Part shown: piece by piece, positions 9,953-20,311 of the stretch
Layout: every line of letters starts with the position of its first letter
How positions within the stretch are numbered: the stretch's first letter is position 1
Origin: a virus
Lineage: Duplodnaviria; Caudoviricetes
Direction: 5' to 3' (one strand)
IMG/VR virus record: IMGVR_UViG_3300047409_000364
Coordinates: 1,588-65,587 of that record
DNA length: 64,000 nt
Notes under the pieces: generated by a model
Told to the model about the DNA's origin: nothing
The model's input: the letters and a program-made list of their open reading frames with translations, nothing else
Databases searched by the model: none
Translations under genes and position numbers: made by a program

Positions 9953-10458
9953 TGCCGCTGAAATTTAAGGCGCCTCCGTCGCTGGACCTTCTGCGGGCGC
10001 GGCTTTCGTATGATGCCGAAACGGGCGTCTTCACTTGGCGCAAGAAACCAGGGCGCAGCATGGTCGAAGGAGCCGTCGCTGGGTGTCTCAATCACTACGG
10101 ATACACGGTCATTGGCGTAGAAGGAGAATTGTACTACGCCCATCGTTTGGCATGGCTCTGGATGACCGGGGAATGGCCCGCCGACCAGATCGACCACCGC
10201 AACGGGGTGAGGGGCGATAATCGCTGGGAAAATCTGCGGCAAGCAACCAATCAACTCAATCAGGCGAACAGAAAGCGCAACGCCGGCGCTTTTATGAAAG
10301 GTATCACCAAGTACAAGCCCAACGGAAAATGGCAGGCTCAGATCTCCGTTGAGGGCAAACATATAAGCCTAGGCTATTTTAGATGCCCCGCAGCCGCGCA
10401 TCTGGCTTACGTGGTGGCCGCAAACGAAGCCTTTGGCGAATTTGCGAGGAGCGCTTAG
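9952..10458 (+). CDS. HNH homing endonuclease with AP2-like C-terminus
   Basis: YDAETGVFTW, AHRLAWLWMTGEWP, IDHRNGVRGDNRWENLR, FGEFAR. Confidence 0.9.
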   Translation: MPLKFKAPPSLDLLRARLSYDAETGVFTWRKKPGRSMVEGAVAGCLNHYGYTVIGVEGELYYAHRLAWLWMTGEWPADQIDHRNGVRGDNRWENLRQATNQLNQANRKRNAGAFMKGITKYKPNGKWQAQISVEGKHISLGYFRCPAAAHLAYVVAANEAFGEFARSA

Positions 10459-10460
10459 CC

Positions 10461-11090
10461 ATGGGTCTAGCGGCTGTAGGAGCTGTTGCTGCGGTTGTTA
10501 GCACTGCGGTCAGTGTAGTTGGGGCCATTCAACAGGGGAATGCTGCATCGGCAGCAGCGCAGGCAAATGCTCAGCAGGCTGCCTATCAGGCTCAAATTGC
10601 ACGTAATAATCAGATCATCGCTAACCAGCAGGCGGAGCACGAGACCGAGGTCGGGCAGGAGCAGGCGGCCCGCAAGTCACAGGAGGGAGCTGCCAAGCAG
10701 GCGTTGACGCGCGCCGGGCTGGCCGCCTCCGGGGTCGACGTCAACACCGGCTCGGCCAAGGACGTCCAGGTGTCCGAGCGCGAGCTGAATAAGCTCGATG
10801 CCGAGACGGTGCTGAGCAACGCCCAGGAGAAGGCATACGGCTACCGCAGCCAGGCGGCGAATTTTGGCGCACAGGCGGGGCAGTACGCCTTGCAGGGCGG
10901 CCGGTATTCGAACGAGGCGGGCTACGACACGACGGCGGGCTACCTGAAGGCGTGGGGCACGCTGGCCTCGGCGGCGTCGGTGATCCCGTGGAACAAGTTC
11001 GGCGGGCAGACGACGGGCGCTGGCGGGACGGGCGACCAGACGATTACCGGCGGTACGACGCCGTCCGGCAGCGACACGCTGACGGCCTAG
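10461..11090 (+). CDS. Internal virion/ejection protein (T7 gp14-like)
   Basis: Hydrophobic Ala/Gly N-terminus, Ala/Gln coiled coil, AASGVDVNTGS motif; start reassigned to ATG 10461. Confidence 0.8.
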   Translation: MGLAAVGAVAAVVSTAVSVVGAIQQGNAASAAAQANAQQAAYQAQIARNNQIIANQQAEHETEVGQEQAARKSQEGAAKQALTRAGLAASGVDVNTGSAKDVQVSERELNKLDAETVLSNAQEKAYGYRSQAANFGAQAGQYALQGGRYSNEAGYDTTAGYLKAWGTLASAASVIPWNKFGGQTTGAGGTGDQTITGGTTPSGSDTLTA

Positions 11091-11093
11091 TAG

Positions 11094-13589
11094 ATGGCTG
11101 CCACGCCCTACACTGGCGTCCCGACGACCGAGCCGCAGCCGGCGGCGCCGCCGTTCCAGCGCATCGAGACGCCGCACGCCGAAGCCAATATGTTCGGCGC
11201 CCAAGTTGGCCAGGGTCTCGAGCAGCTTGGCGCGGGGTTCCAGCGAGCGTCGGTCGTCTTTGGCGAGGTGGCCGCCGACGACGCCTCCAACCAATACCAG
11301 GAGAAAACCAACGCCATCATGTTCGGGGTGCCGGGCAAGATGGTGCTGGGGCCGGACGGCAAGACCATGGTGCCCGATAGCGGCTTCATGGGCCTGAAGG
11401 GCGACGCCGCACTCCGGGCCCGTCCTGAAGTGCAGAAGCAACTCGAACAGGCCCGCAACGAGATTCGCAACGGTCTGATGACGGGACCGCAGCTTCTTCG
11501 CTATGACGACTTCTCGCGTCGACACAAGACATGGGTCGAGGACCGGGTGGGCCAGCACGCCGATACGCAGGCCAATGCCTGGTACGACCAGGTCGAGAAT
11601 GCGAGCGCGGCGATCGCCCAGAAGCAGATTGCCGTAAATGCCAACGATCCGCAGGCGGTGCTTGAGGGGCGGGAGAGGCTGCGCGAGGCCCTGGTCAAGA
11701 AAGCCCAGCGCATGGGCGGTGGTCCGGAGCTGATTCAGGCGGCGGTGAACAAGGCGGACATGCTGGCGGTTGAAGCCCAGGCGAGCGCCATCGCTGCGAC
11801 CAACCCGCAGGCGGCCCGCCGCATCATCGAGAACAACAAGGATGCGCTGGGCGTCCACTACGACGAGATGATGAACAGGGTCCGGGTGCGGGCCGAGACG
11901 GCGGATGGGCGAGACTGGGCAGACGAGAAACTGACGGGCGGTGATTTCGATAATAACACCGGCAATATTACGAGAAGCGGGTTCAACTACTCTGGAGGCA
12001 AAGGGGCGCCGCGCGGGAATTTCGAGACGTTCAAAACCGCCGAGCATGGCGTGGCGGCGGCCTACCAGACTATGCAGGCCAAGGCTCGCGACAACGGTGG
12101 CCAGATTAGCTTCATTGATCTGATTGCGGGCAACATTGACCGCGGAGGCAAGGTGAGGGGATGGGCGGCAGCACCCAAGACGGCGGCGGATCAGGCCAAT
12201 CCGATGCTGAAGGGTAATAACCCGGAGGCATATGCCAAGACGCTTGCGGATGCCGTCGGACTGAAGCCGACCGATAATATCCCGCTGGGCGATGCCGACA
12301 AAATGGCAGCGATCCTGAAGGCCCAGAACAAACTCGAGAAGGGTCGACAGACGGTTCCAGACGACGCCTACAAGGGCGGCATTGTGCTCGCATCTGGTGG
12401 CTCTCTTCAGCATGCGCCGCCACTGCCGCGGACGCAGAACGACCTTATTCAGGATGCGCTCAACGACCCCGACTTAAACGACAAGCCGCATGCGCAGGCG
12501 GCGGCCATCGCCCGCATCAATCAATCCTTCCGCGCCCAGAACGCACGCGAGGCCAAGACCAAGGCGGCCTTCCAGCAGATCGAGGACGACACGGTCGCGG
12601 CGGCGACAAAGACCGGCGAGCTGCTGCCCAATTCGCCGACAGAACGGGACTATCAGCAGCACTATGGCCCGGAGAACGGCACCGCGAAGTACGTCGACTT
12701 TCAGGAGAAGGTGAAGGCAGGACAAGCGTGGCACAGCCTCCAGGACATGCCTGACGCCGAGCAGCGCGCCTACCTCGCTGACCGCGCGAACAAGCTCGAC
12801 CCCGTGGCACCGGGCTTCGCTCGTGCGCAGAAGTTCCAGGAACACCTCGAGAAGATGGTCGAAACTCTCCAGAAGACACGCCGTGAGGATCCCGCCCAAG
12901 CGGTGGCGCGCAATTCTGCGGTGGCGGAAGCCACGACCCAGGTTGACCAGAAAGACCCGCAGACTGTCCGCAATCTTGGACAGGTCCGAATGAAGGCTCA
13001 GGGGCAGTTTGGCATCGAGGGCGACGCGCGTAGTCCGATCACCAAGGCCGAGGCGCTGAAGATTATGAACCCGGTGATCATGGCGTTGCCGGGCGCCAAG
13101 CAGGAGGCGCTTGAAAAAGTGGCGGCCGATCTTCGTTCGGTCTACGGCGAAGAGATGTCGATTCCGGCCTTCATCTATGGCCTGCGGGCAATTCACATCT
13201 CGGGGGCGGCGGCAGAGTCGGCCGGCGGTGTGCTGGAAGATCTTGCTCGTGGCCGGCCGATCACAAGCGCCGATCGCGACGCAGCCCGAGATGCGGCCCA
13301 AGGCAAGGTGATCCAGGACGCCCTAGAGGCCAAGCCAGACTACTCCGGCTGGACGCAAAACTGGATGCTGTCGCCGGGCGAGACGCTGGCGGGCTCTCCC
13401 CAGGTGCCCGTCGAGGGCCCCAAGCCCCGCGGCATAACGGCCGTGCCAAGTGATGAAGCGCTGCGCATGTTGCGGGACAATCCCTCGACGGCTTCGCAGT
13501 TCGACGAGGCATACGGCCCTGGCAAAGCCAAGGAAGTGATGGAGCAGTTCCCCTGGTACTTCCAGAAGCGCCCCAGTAATGGCCGATGA
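11094..13589 (+). CDS. Ejection protein (gp15-like) with inserted lysozyme-like domain
   Basis: Helical 831-aa protein in gp15 position; internal NNTGNI...FETFKTAEHGVAA...NNPEAYAK segment. Confidence 0.7.
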   Translation: MAATPYTGVPTTEPQPAAPPFQRIETPHAEANMFGAQVGQGLEQLGAGFQRASVVFGEVAADDASNQYQEKTNAIMFGVPGKMVLGPDGKTMVPDSGFMGLKGDAALRARPEVQKQLEQARNEIRNGLMTGPQLLRYDDFSRRHKTWVEDRVGQHADTQANAWYDQVENASAAIAQKQIAVNANDPQAVLEGRERLREALVKKAQRMGGGPELIQAAVNKADMLAVEAQASAIAATNPQAARRIIENNKDALGVHYDEMMNRVRVRAETADGRDWADEKLTGGDFDNNTGNITRSGFNYSGGKGAPRGNFETFKTAEHGVAAAYQTMQAKARDNGGQISFIDLIAGNIDRGGKVRGWAAAPKTAADQANPMLKGNNPEAYAKTLADAVGLKPTDNIPLGDADKMAAILKAQNKLEKGRQTVPDDAYKGGIVLASGGSLQHAPPLPRTQNDLIQDALNDPDLNDKPHAQAAAIARINQSFRAQNAREAKTKAAFQQIEDDTVAAATKTGELLPNSPTERDYQQHYGPENGTAKYVDFQEKVKAGQAWHSLQDMPDAEQRAYLADRANKLDPVAPGFARAQKFQEHLEKMVETLQKTRREDPAQAVARNSAVAEATTQVDQKDPQTVRNLGQVRMKAQGQFGIEGDARSPITKAEALKIMNPVIMALPGAKQEALEKVAADLRSVYGEEMSIPAFIYGLRAIHISGAAAESAGGVLEDLARGRPITSADRDAARDAAQGKVIQDALEAKPDYSGWTQNWMLSPGETLAGSPQVPVEGPKPRGITAVPSDEALRMLRDNPSTASQFDEAYGPGKAKEVMEQFPWYFQKRPSNGR

Positions 13590-16500
13590 TCCCACCGACC
13601 AGATCGTAGCCGATCACGCGGCACTCGATCAGCAGCCGGACGCGCCGCCGCAGGTGCGAGCGCCCGACGACCTGGCCCAGTCCGAGGAGGCGCGCAAAGC
13701 CCGTGAGGCAATTCGGCCCTCGATGCCGAAGCCGAAGGAGCCAGAGCCCGCGACGCCGACGCCGTTGCGCGAGACCGGCGTCGAGGAAAACCCCTACGCT
13801 CGGTTCATCAAAGGACCGCAGGACAACGGGCCGGACAATCTCGAGCGTACCAAGCTCAACACGCTGAATTCCTACTACCGCGGGACGGTGGCGGGTGCAT
13901 TGGGCCTGCAGTCCATGGCAGCCATCTACAATCAGGAAGACCCGCCGGACATGGCGTCGGACATGAAGAAGGCCCGGCAGGGCGTGCGCGACCAATACGA
14001 GAGCATCGTCACGAGCCTAATGCGCTACGACATGATGCCGTCGTGGAGCGGACTGCCGCAGTTGGGCGCGGCGGTTGGCGGTTCTGTGGCCGGTGGAGCG
14101 TTGAGCCCCGAGGCGTTCGCGGGTTGGGCGGCGAAGGGCGCGACGTGGACGGCGCGGACAATGTGGGCGGCGCTCCAGCAGGGGTTTATCAGCGGCGTGA
14201 CCGACCCAGTCGTTCAGATCCTTAACATCGAGGCGGGCGCGCAGAAGGAATACGACCCGGCCCAGACCGCCGGCGCGTTCCTATTTGGCGCGGGCATGGG
14301 CGGCGGCTTCCATGCGGCGGGCGAGGGCGTTGGGCATCTTATTGGCCAGCGCGAGCTTCGCCGGCAGATGCTCGACCTGGCCGACGTTGATCCTTCGGTG
14401 GGCTCTTCCGAGCGGGCGCTGTGGCGGTTCGATCCGGCGAACGGCTACCAGGAGCGCACGCCGGAGTTTCCCTACCAGCGCTTCACCGGGCCTGAAGCGA
14501 CACGCGAAGTGCCGCCCGACCATAGCTTTGCCGACACCATCGCCGCAGAGCAGGAGCGCCTTGGCCCGGAGGGTAGGCCCGAGGAAGCCAAGCAGGTAGC
14601 GTTCGAGCAGGAGGTCGGACCGGGCCTTCGGACGCTCATGGAAGAGTATCAACTGCCGCCGGAGAAATACGACGAGGTCGCTCGACACTACGATCGCCAG
14701 GAGGGCGAGACGGTCGAGGCGGCCACCCAGCGCGCCATTGATGACTGGGAGGCGGAACTATCCCGCGGCGAGCAGGGGACGATTGATGCCATCCCCGATC
14801 TAAAGCGCGACCTTGAAGAAGCCAAGCCGCCGGCATCGAAGGATGCGCCGCCGAAAGACTGGCAGCCGGCACCAGACCAACTCGAGGAGGCCAGGCGCCT
14901 GTCCCGTGGCTGGACGCCACGCGCAGCCGAGGGGCCGCCGCCGCAGTCGCTTGTGAACTTCGTGCGCAAGAACGGTGGCTTGCGAATGGGGACGCCGGAG
15001 GCGGGAGACCTCCTAGCCCAGGACATCGGCCGCCAGCCGGGATTGCTGCGCAAGGAAGGCAAGCAGGCCGACCAGATGGCCCAGGCGGCGATGGACGCCG
15101 GCTACGACCTTGGCCCGCCTGGAGAAATTGGCTCCGGTGTAAACGTCGATCGCTTCATGCAAATGCTGGCTGAGGACGCCGGGAAGCGGGTGAGGCATTA
15201 CCCGCAAGGCATTGATACCGATAAGCATTTCGAGCTTCAGCGCTACAATGACGACACGCTCAATCACCTGCGCAATGTGCTCGGCGTCAACCCGAAGGGG
15301 ATGGACCCCCGGCAGATTGCTTGGCTACTCTCGATGGAGAGGGAAAATGTCCGTTCGAGGCAACCACTACAGGAAGAGGGCGGCGGCGTTTCAGAAGGCG
15401 GCCGGCCACAACCCGGAGAAGAAGGACGCCCTGCTGGACCTGGCGAAGGTGAACCAGGTGGCGGCGGCGGTGGCGGACGGGAAACACTTGGCCCAGCCCG
15501 AGAACCCACAGGAGCCCCCGGAAGAGGTGCAGGCGCAGTTGGCGCGGAGGTCCGCCGAGGGGAGCGCGTAAATTCAGCGGAGTACGAGGCTGCATCAGCC
15601 AAGGCGAGTGCGGCGTCCCGCGAATTTGCCGAGGCACAGCGCAAGTACCGCGCCCGTGAAATTGGCGACGATGAATTCCTAGCCGCCAAGGCCAAGCACG
15701 ACGCAGCACAAGCCGAGTTCGACAGGGCCTACGAAAAGGAGGCGGCTAAGGAGCCCGACCTTATCGAGACGAAAGCGGCTACGCCGGAGGAATTGGCCAC
15801 GCGCCAGCGAGCGGCGGATAAAGAAGAAGCCGAAGCCCGCATGCGCGGGAAACAGCGTTCCGGGGCAGGCCAAGAGAGCCCCGAGGACGCGCCGCTGTTC
15901 GGCGGTGAGCGGCAGGCAGATCTTCTAGGTCTGCGGACCAGCCGCGAAAACAATCCCATGCCGGGCGAGGAGCGCCGCGCGCCGGACCAGGGCGTGCCGT
16001 TGCCGAAGGCCGAGCAGCTTTCCCCCGAGCAGGAGGTGCGGCTGCGCTCTCTGCATGCGCTTGCGCTCGACCTGGCCGAGAAGGTCGGCGTGCCGCTGCG
16101 GCAGGGCCGCATGACGCTGAAGAAGGCGTCCGGTCAATTCAGCCCGACGACCGGCGTGATTCGCCAGCCGGAGATCGCCGATTTCGAGACGGTCAAGCAC
16201 GAGGTCGGCCACGCCATCGAGCAGAAGGTCGGCAAGGTATTGACCGACCTGACCGAGCAGCACCGCTACGAGCTAGCCCTTCTCGATTACGACCAGGGAC
16301 CGCAGGGCCAGCGGGTGAACGAGGGCTTCGCCGAATGGATGCGCGTCCGCATGACCAACCCGCGCGCCGCCCAACGGCTGGCGCCGGACTTCTACAATGC
16401 CTTCAATGCCATGATGGTGCAGCGCCGGCCGGACTTGCTGAACATCATTGGCGAGGTCGCCCAGGCGCACCGGGCATGGCTGGAGGCGCCGTCGATCGAC

Positions 16501-19500
16501 GTCGGCGAGGCGGTGGTGCGCAACACTATCCCGGACCCATTGGGCATCCGCGAATTACAGGAAGACGTGAAGCGCGACGGCTGGGCGCCCACGGCGAGCC
16601 ACGTCATGGGCAAGTTCTATGAAAAGATCCAGGACCAGTACACGCACTATGTCGACCAGTTCGCCGACCTCGAGCGCGCGGTGCATGACCTGGCCGGGCT
16701 CAAGTTCCAGCAGCAGGGCGGCGAACTTCCGGTCCACATCAAGGCGTCCGAAGACCCCAGTATCCTGATCCGGTCGGCCCACCTTGTCGGCAACACGGCG
16801 ATGATCGAATCGCGCTTTGGCATGGTGCCCCACCGCGGGGTGACGCCCGAAGGGCCGGGCTTGGCCCAGATTATGAACACGGCGATCGGCAATCCGTCGC
16901 TAATGGGCAAGTGGGACAACCAGGCGATCGAGCGCTTCGACCAGTACGTGACCGCCCGCATGAGCGAGTACCTGTGGCGGCTCTACGACGAGGGCAAGGT
17001 TCCCAACCCGCCGTCTCCAATCAAGCCGGGCGATGCGCGCGAGATCATATCGCACTGGGAGACGGCCCATCCTGGCTTCAAGGAAGCCGCCAACATGCTG
17101 CAGGACTTCGTCGGGCGCATGCGCAAGAAGGCATTCGACGCGGGCCTGATGGGCGCCGACACGTTCGCCAAGCTGTCCGAGTACGAGTTCTACGTGCCGA
17201 TGCGCCGCGTGTTCGAGGAGGGCGAAGGTCGCCGGGCGGTCAGCTCTCCCGACAACGCCAAGCTGGCGAGCTCGCCGATCAAGCGCCGCGGTTCGGAGCG
17301 CGACGTCGACAGCCCGCTGCGCAACATCATGCGCAACCTGTTCACCCTCGAGCAGGACGTCCGACGCAACGAGATCAACAAGGCGCTGCTCAGCCTGTCC
17401 GAGAGCGTGCGTGGCGAAGGCGGTATCTACGCCGAGCGTCTGCCGGCGAGCGAGGCGCACAAGTACAGCGCCCCGCTGGAGGACATGATCAACAACCGCG
17501 CCAAGGAGGTCGGCATCGACCCGGACGAAGCGCGCACCATGGTCGACACCCTCCTCAACGGCGAAGAGGGCCCGCTGACCGGGAGCTACTGGCGATACGA
17601 GACCGCGGCGGCGCGCGGCGAGCCGGTGCAGTTCATGTGGGAGAACGGCAAGCCGGTTCCCATCCGCGTCATGTCCAAGCGCGCCGGCGAGCGCTACGCC
17701 CTGCACGAGGTCATGTCGGCCGCTCCGCCGCCGGTGCTGGACCTGTGGGTCAACTTCATGCAGTTGGGCGCCACCACGCTGCGCGCCGGCATCACCAATT
17801 CGCCGGTGTTCATCCTGACCAACTACCTGAAGGATCAATTCCAGACCGCGCTTTCCCAGCCGGGCTACATCCCGATCTTGGGTGGCCTGAAGGGCATCAA
17901 GCAGGAATTGGCACAGGACAAGGTCGCGGTCATGCGTGCCTACTTCGGCGGCGTCATGGGCGGCTCGCTGGTCGGCGAAGTGCAGCACAAGTTCAACGCG
18001 GACCTTCGCGACCTCGCCAAGCAGGGCTACGCCGTCCGGCACTTCACGTCGTTCCATGGACTAATCGAGGCGATGCAGGTGACCGAGGCCGGCACCCGCA
18101 ATTCGATCTTTGAGCGCTACTATCGGTCGAAGCTAAAGGAGGGTCTGTCCGAGTACGACGCCGCCTGGGAGGCCGCACACCAGGCCAACGACATTATGGA
18201 TTTCTCGCGTCACGGTGATCGCATGGCGGTCGTGCGCAAGATCATTCCGTTCCTCAACGCCAACATCCAGGGCCAGGACCGCTACACCTTCCGCACCCTG
18301 ATCGAGCCGTTCTTCAAACAGATGGCGGGCCAGAATGTCACGGTTCGTGATCGAGAGAATCTTAACCGCGGTCTGTACGCATGGGCCATGGCTGGCGGTG
18401 GCGGCCTGGCATTTGGCACAGCTTGGGCGGCACTGAACTGGGAGAAGGACGCCTACCGCGACGCCACGCCGGAAGTGAAGGGCACTCACGTCGTCGTCCC
18501 CATGGGCGGCAATCAGGTGTTTGTCATGCCCAAGCCGTTCGAGCTTGGCATTGGCTTCACGGCCGGCGAATACCTCTACGGCATGCTAGCCAAGAAAGAC
18601 CCGCGCATGGCGGCCCAGATGCGCTCCGCCCTGATGCAGGCCATGTCGCTGCCCAACCCGGTGCAGAACCTTCCTGGCATCACCCCGGCGCTGGAGATGT
18701 CGGCCAACCAGAACTTCTTCACCGGCCGGCCGATCGTTCCCGAGGCGATCCAGAACAAGGCGCACCCCGAGCTCGAGTACAACGACCGGACAAGCTCGCT
18801 GGCGCGCTACCTTGGCAAACAACTAGGCTGGTCGCCGATGAAGGTCGACTACGCCATGGGCGCCTACTTCGGCACCAACGGTCGCGATCTCATGTCTTTG
18901 AGCAGCATGACCGACCAAGACAGCCCGACCGCGGCGCTGGACGACGTTGTGTTCGCGCGCCGCTTCATCAAGAACAGCGAACGCATCAGCGGCCGTGTGC
19001 GCCAATTCTGGGATCTCATGGGGGCAAAGAACGGCAAGTATCACGACGAGGCTGCCGCCTATCGCAAGCTGGTGACCGAGGTCGTGAAGCGCGGGCAGGA
19101 TCCGGCCCAGGCCAATGAGCTGCTGAAGAACATGAACGACTCGGAGAAGGCATACGTCACCCTGCATGAGGGCGCCAAGCGGGACGGCAAGCCGGCGTTC
19201 ACTGCCGACGACCGCCGCATGCACCCGCTGACCCGAGCCTACGAGGCGGTGCGCGTGCTCAACGGCTTGGCGACCGAGCTGCAGACCAACACGCTCGTGC
19301 CCTTCGCGGGCAAGGAGAAGCTGCCGCTGACGCCGGACGCCCGCCGCAGCCTGATTGACGAGGTCCGCACCATGGCCGGCGCCGAGATGCGCAATGCCTT
19401 TGTGGTGGTGAAGGAGAAGGGATATGAGGACCGCCAGACCTTCGACATCAACACCTACATGGACAAGATTCGCCAGGTCTCGCCGCAGGTAGCCGATGAG

Positions 19501-19920
19501 ATCGCCAACCGCTACGCCACGGGCAAGGTCTACTCATTCGATGCCGTAAAAGAGGCGTGGCCGCAGATCCAGCGCGAGCTTGCCACGGCCGGCACCGACG
19601 CCCGCATCAGCTCCATGACCAGCCACATTAAGGGGGCTGGGTACGAGTTCCGCGGGACACGCAGCAAGGCGCCCGGTCCGGTCCGGCAGCCCATTATCGT
19701 CCCCCAGGGCGAGCGCAGAGGGGACATTGGTCCCACCACCCCCGGTATGGTAACTTCGCCGCCGGCACAATTTGCTGAGATACAGAAGCCGCCGGAGCCG
19801 GAAATCAGCTTTATGAACGACGAGGGGGGTAAGTTGCAGCACGCCATGCTTCGGGGACGCCGGGTCAACTTTACCCGCCATCCCGAGACCGGGCGCATCG
19901 TGGGGGCGAGCTTTGCCTAA
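13579..19920 (+). CDS. Large ejection protein (gp16 position) with HExxH segment and LPD38-like C-terminal region
   Basis: 2113 aa; KHEVGH...NEGFAEW zincin-like motif; DFSRHG..IPFLNANIQG and PKPFELG motifs. Confidence 0.75.
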   Translation: MADDPTDQIVADHAALDQQPDAPPQVRAPDDLAQSEEARKAREAIRPSMPKPKEPEPATPTPLRETGVEENPYARFIKGPQDNGPDNLERTKLNTLNSYYRGTVAGALGLQSMAAIYNQEDPPDMASDMKKARQGVRDQYESIVTSLMRYDMMPSWSGLPQLGAAVGGSVAGGALSPEAFAGWAAKGATWTARTMWAALQQGFISGVTDPVVQILNIEAGAQKEYDPAQTAGAFLFGAGMGGGFHAAGEGVGHLIGQRELRRQMLDLADVDPSVGSSERALWRFDPANGYQERTPEFPYQRFTGPEATREVPPDHSFADTIAAEQERLGPEGRPEEAKQVAFEQEVGPGLRTLMEEYQLPPEKYDEVARHYDRQEGETVEAATQRAIDDWEAELSRGEQGTIDAIPDLKRDLEEAKPPASKDAPPKDWQPAPDQLEEARRLSRGWTPRAAEGPPPQSLVNFVRKNGGLRMGTPEAGDLLAQDIGRQPGLLRKEGKQADQMAQAAMDAGYDLGPPGEIGSGVNVDRFMQMLAEDAGKRVRHYPQGIDTDKHFELQRYNDDTLNHLRNVLGVNPKGMDPRQIAWLLSMERENVRSRQPLQEEGGGVSEGGRPQPGEEGRPAGPGEGEPGGGGGGGRETLGPAREPTGAPGRGAGAVGAEVRRGERVNSAEYEAASAKASAASREFAEAQRKYRAREIGDDEFLAAKAKHDAAQAEFDRAYEKEAAKEPDLIETKAATPEELATRQRAADKEEAEARMRGKQRSGAGQESPEDAPLFGGERQADLLGLRTSRENNPMPGEERRAPDQGVPLPKAEQLSPEQEVRLRSLHALALDLAEKVGVPLRQGRMTLKKASGQFSPTTGVIRQPEIADFETVKHEVGHAIEQKVGKVLTDLTEQHRYELALLDYDQGPQGQRVNEGFAEWMRVRMTNPRAAQRLAPDFYNAFNAMMVQRRPDLLNIIGEVAQAHRAWLEAPSIDVGEAVVRNTIPDPLGIRELQEDVKRDGWAPTASHVMGKFYEKIQDQYTHYVDQFADLERAVHDLAGLKFQQQGGELPVHIKASEDPSILIRSAHLVGNTAMIESRFGMVPHRGVTPEGPGLAQIMNTAIGNPSLMGKWDNQAIERFDQYVTARMSEYLWRLYDEGKVPNPPSPIKPGDAREIISHWETAHPGFKEAANMLQDFVGRMRKKAFDAGLMGADTFAKLSEYEFYVPMRRVFEEGEGRRAVSSPDNAKLASSPIKRRGSERDVDSPLRNIMRNLFTLEQDVRRNEINKALLSLSESVRGEGGIYAERLPASEAHKYSAPLEDMINNRAKEVGIDPDEARTMVDTLLNGEEGPLTGSYWRYETAAARGEPVQFMWENGKPVPIRVMSKRAGERYALHEVMSAAPPPVLDLWVNFMQLGATTLRAGITNSPVFILTNYLKDQFQTALSQPGYIPILGGLKGIKQELAQDKVAVMRAYFGGVMGGSLVGEVQHKFNADLRDLAKQGYAVRHFTSFHGLIEAMQVTEAGTRNSIFERYYRSKLKEGLSEYDAAWEAAHQANDIMDFSRHGDRMAVVRKIIPFLNANIQGQDRYTFRTLIEPFFKQMAGQNVTVRDRENLNRGLYAWAMAGGGGLAFGTAWAALNWEKDAYRDATPEVKGTHVVVPMGGNQVFVMPKPFELGIGFTAGEYLYGMLAKKDPRMAAQMRSALMQAMSLPNPVQNLPGITPALEMSANQNFFTGRPIVPEAIQNKAHPELEYNDRTSSLARYLGKQLGWSPMKVDYAMGAYFGTNGRDLMSLSSMTDQDSPTAALDDVVFARRFIKNSERISGRVRQFWDLMGAKNGKYHDEAAAYRKLVTEVVKRGQDPAQANELLKNMNDSEKAYVTLHEGAKRDGKPAFTADDRRMHPLTRAYEAVRVLNGLATELQTNTLVPFAGKEKLPLTPDARRSLIDEVRTMAGAEMRNAFVVVKEKGYEDRQTFDINTYMDKIRQVSPQVADEIANRYATGKVYSFDAVKEAWPQIQRELATAGTDARISSMTSHIKGAGYEFRGTRSKAPGPVRQPIIVPQGERRGDIGPTTPGMVTSPPAQFAEIQKPPEPEISFMNDEGGKLQHAMLRGRRVNFTRHPETGRIVGASFA
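15347..15571 (+). CDS. Possible nested out-of-frame small protein (74 aa)
   Basis: GGAGAGGGAAA RBS before ATG; ordinary helical composition, while the host frame is G/E/P/R low-complexity. Confidence 0.4.
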   Translation: MSVRGNHYRKRAAAFQKAAGHNPEKKDALLDLAKVNQVAAAVADGKHLAQPENPQEPPEEVQAQLARRSAEGSA

Positions 19921-20311
19921 TACCCTGTTCGACAAGGGCCGCGAGGCATTCCTGTGCGGCGACATCCGGTGGATGAAAGACACCATCCGCGCCGCCCTGT
20001 GCTCGGCCATGCCGGATGCGAAAAAGGACGAATATCTGACCGACGTGAAGACCGTTCTGGTCAGCGGCCCCCTCACCGGCAAGACCAAGGACAATGGCGT
20101 GGCCGGCGCTGGCAGCACGATTTTCCCCAATGCCGCGGGCGAGAAGAGCGTGGCGGCGGTGCTGTTCCAGGACACCGGCAATCCGGCCAGCAGCCGGCTG
20201 ATCGCGCTTATAGACACCCTGGGCTCGGGCAAGGATTTCTCGATCGTCCCCAACGGCGCCGACATCCAGATCAACTGGGCGAACGGCGCGAACAGGATCT
20301 TCAAACTATGA
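19913..20311 (+). CDS. Phage virion structural protein
   Basis: NTLFDKGREAFL...VLFQDTG...LIALID...PNGADIQINW.NGANRIFKL resembles a widespread phage minor structural family; TTG start. Confidence 0.6.
   Translation: MPNTLFDKGREAFLCGDIRWMKDTIRAALCSAMPDAKKDEYLTDVKTVLVSGPLTGKTKDNGVAGAGSTIFPNAAGEKSVAAVLFQDTGNPASSRLIALIDTLGSGKDFSIVPNGADIQINWANGANRIFKL

Noticed and set aside
4045-10458. Endonucleases as group I intron ORFs
   Set aside because: The flanking genes are intact and end or start normally, with no room for an intron core.
19954-20307. N-terminal extension of the glycosyltransferase ORF in the track
   Set aside because: It overlaps the real gene 19913-20311; the GT domain begins at ATG 20308.
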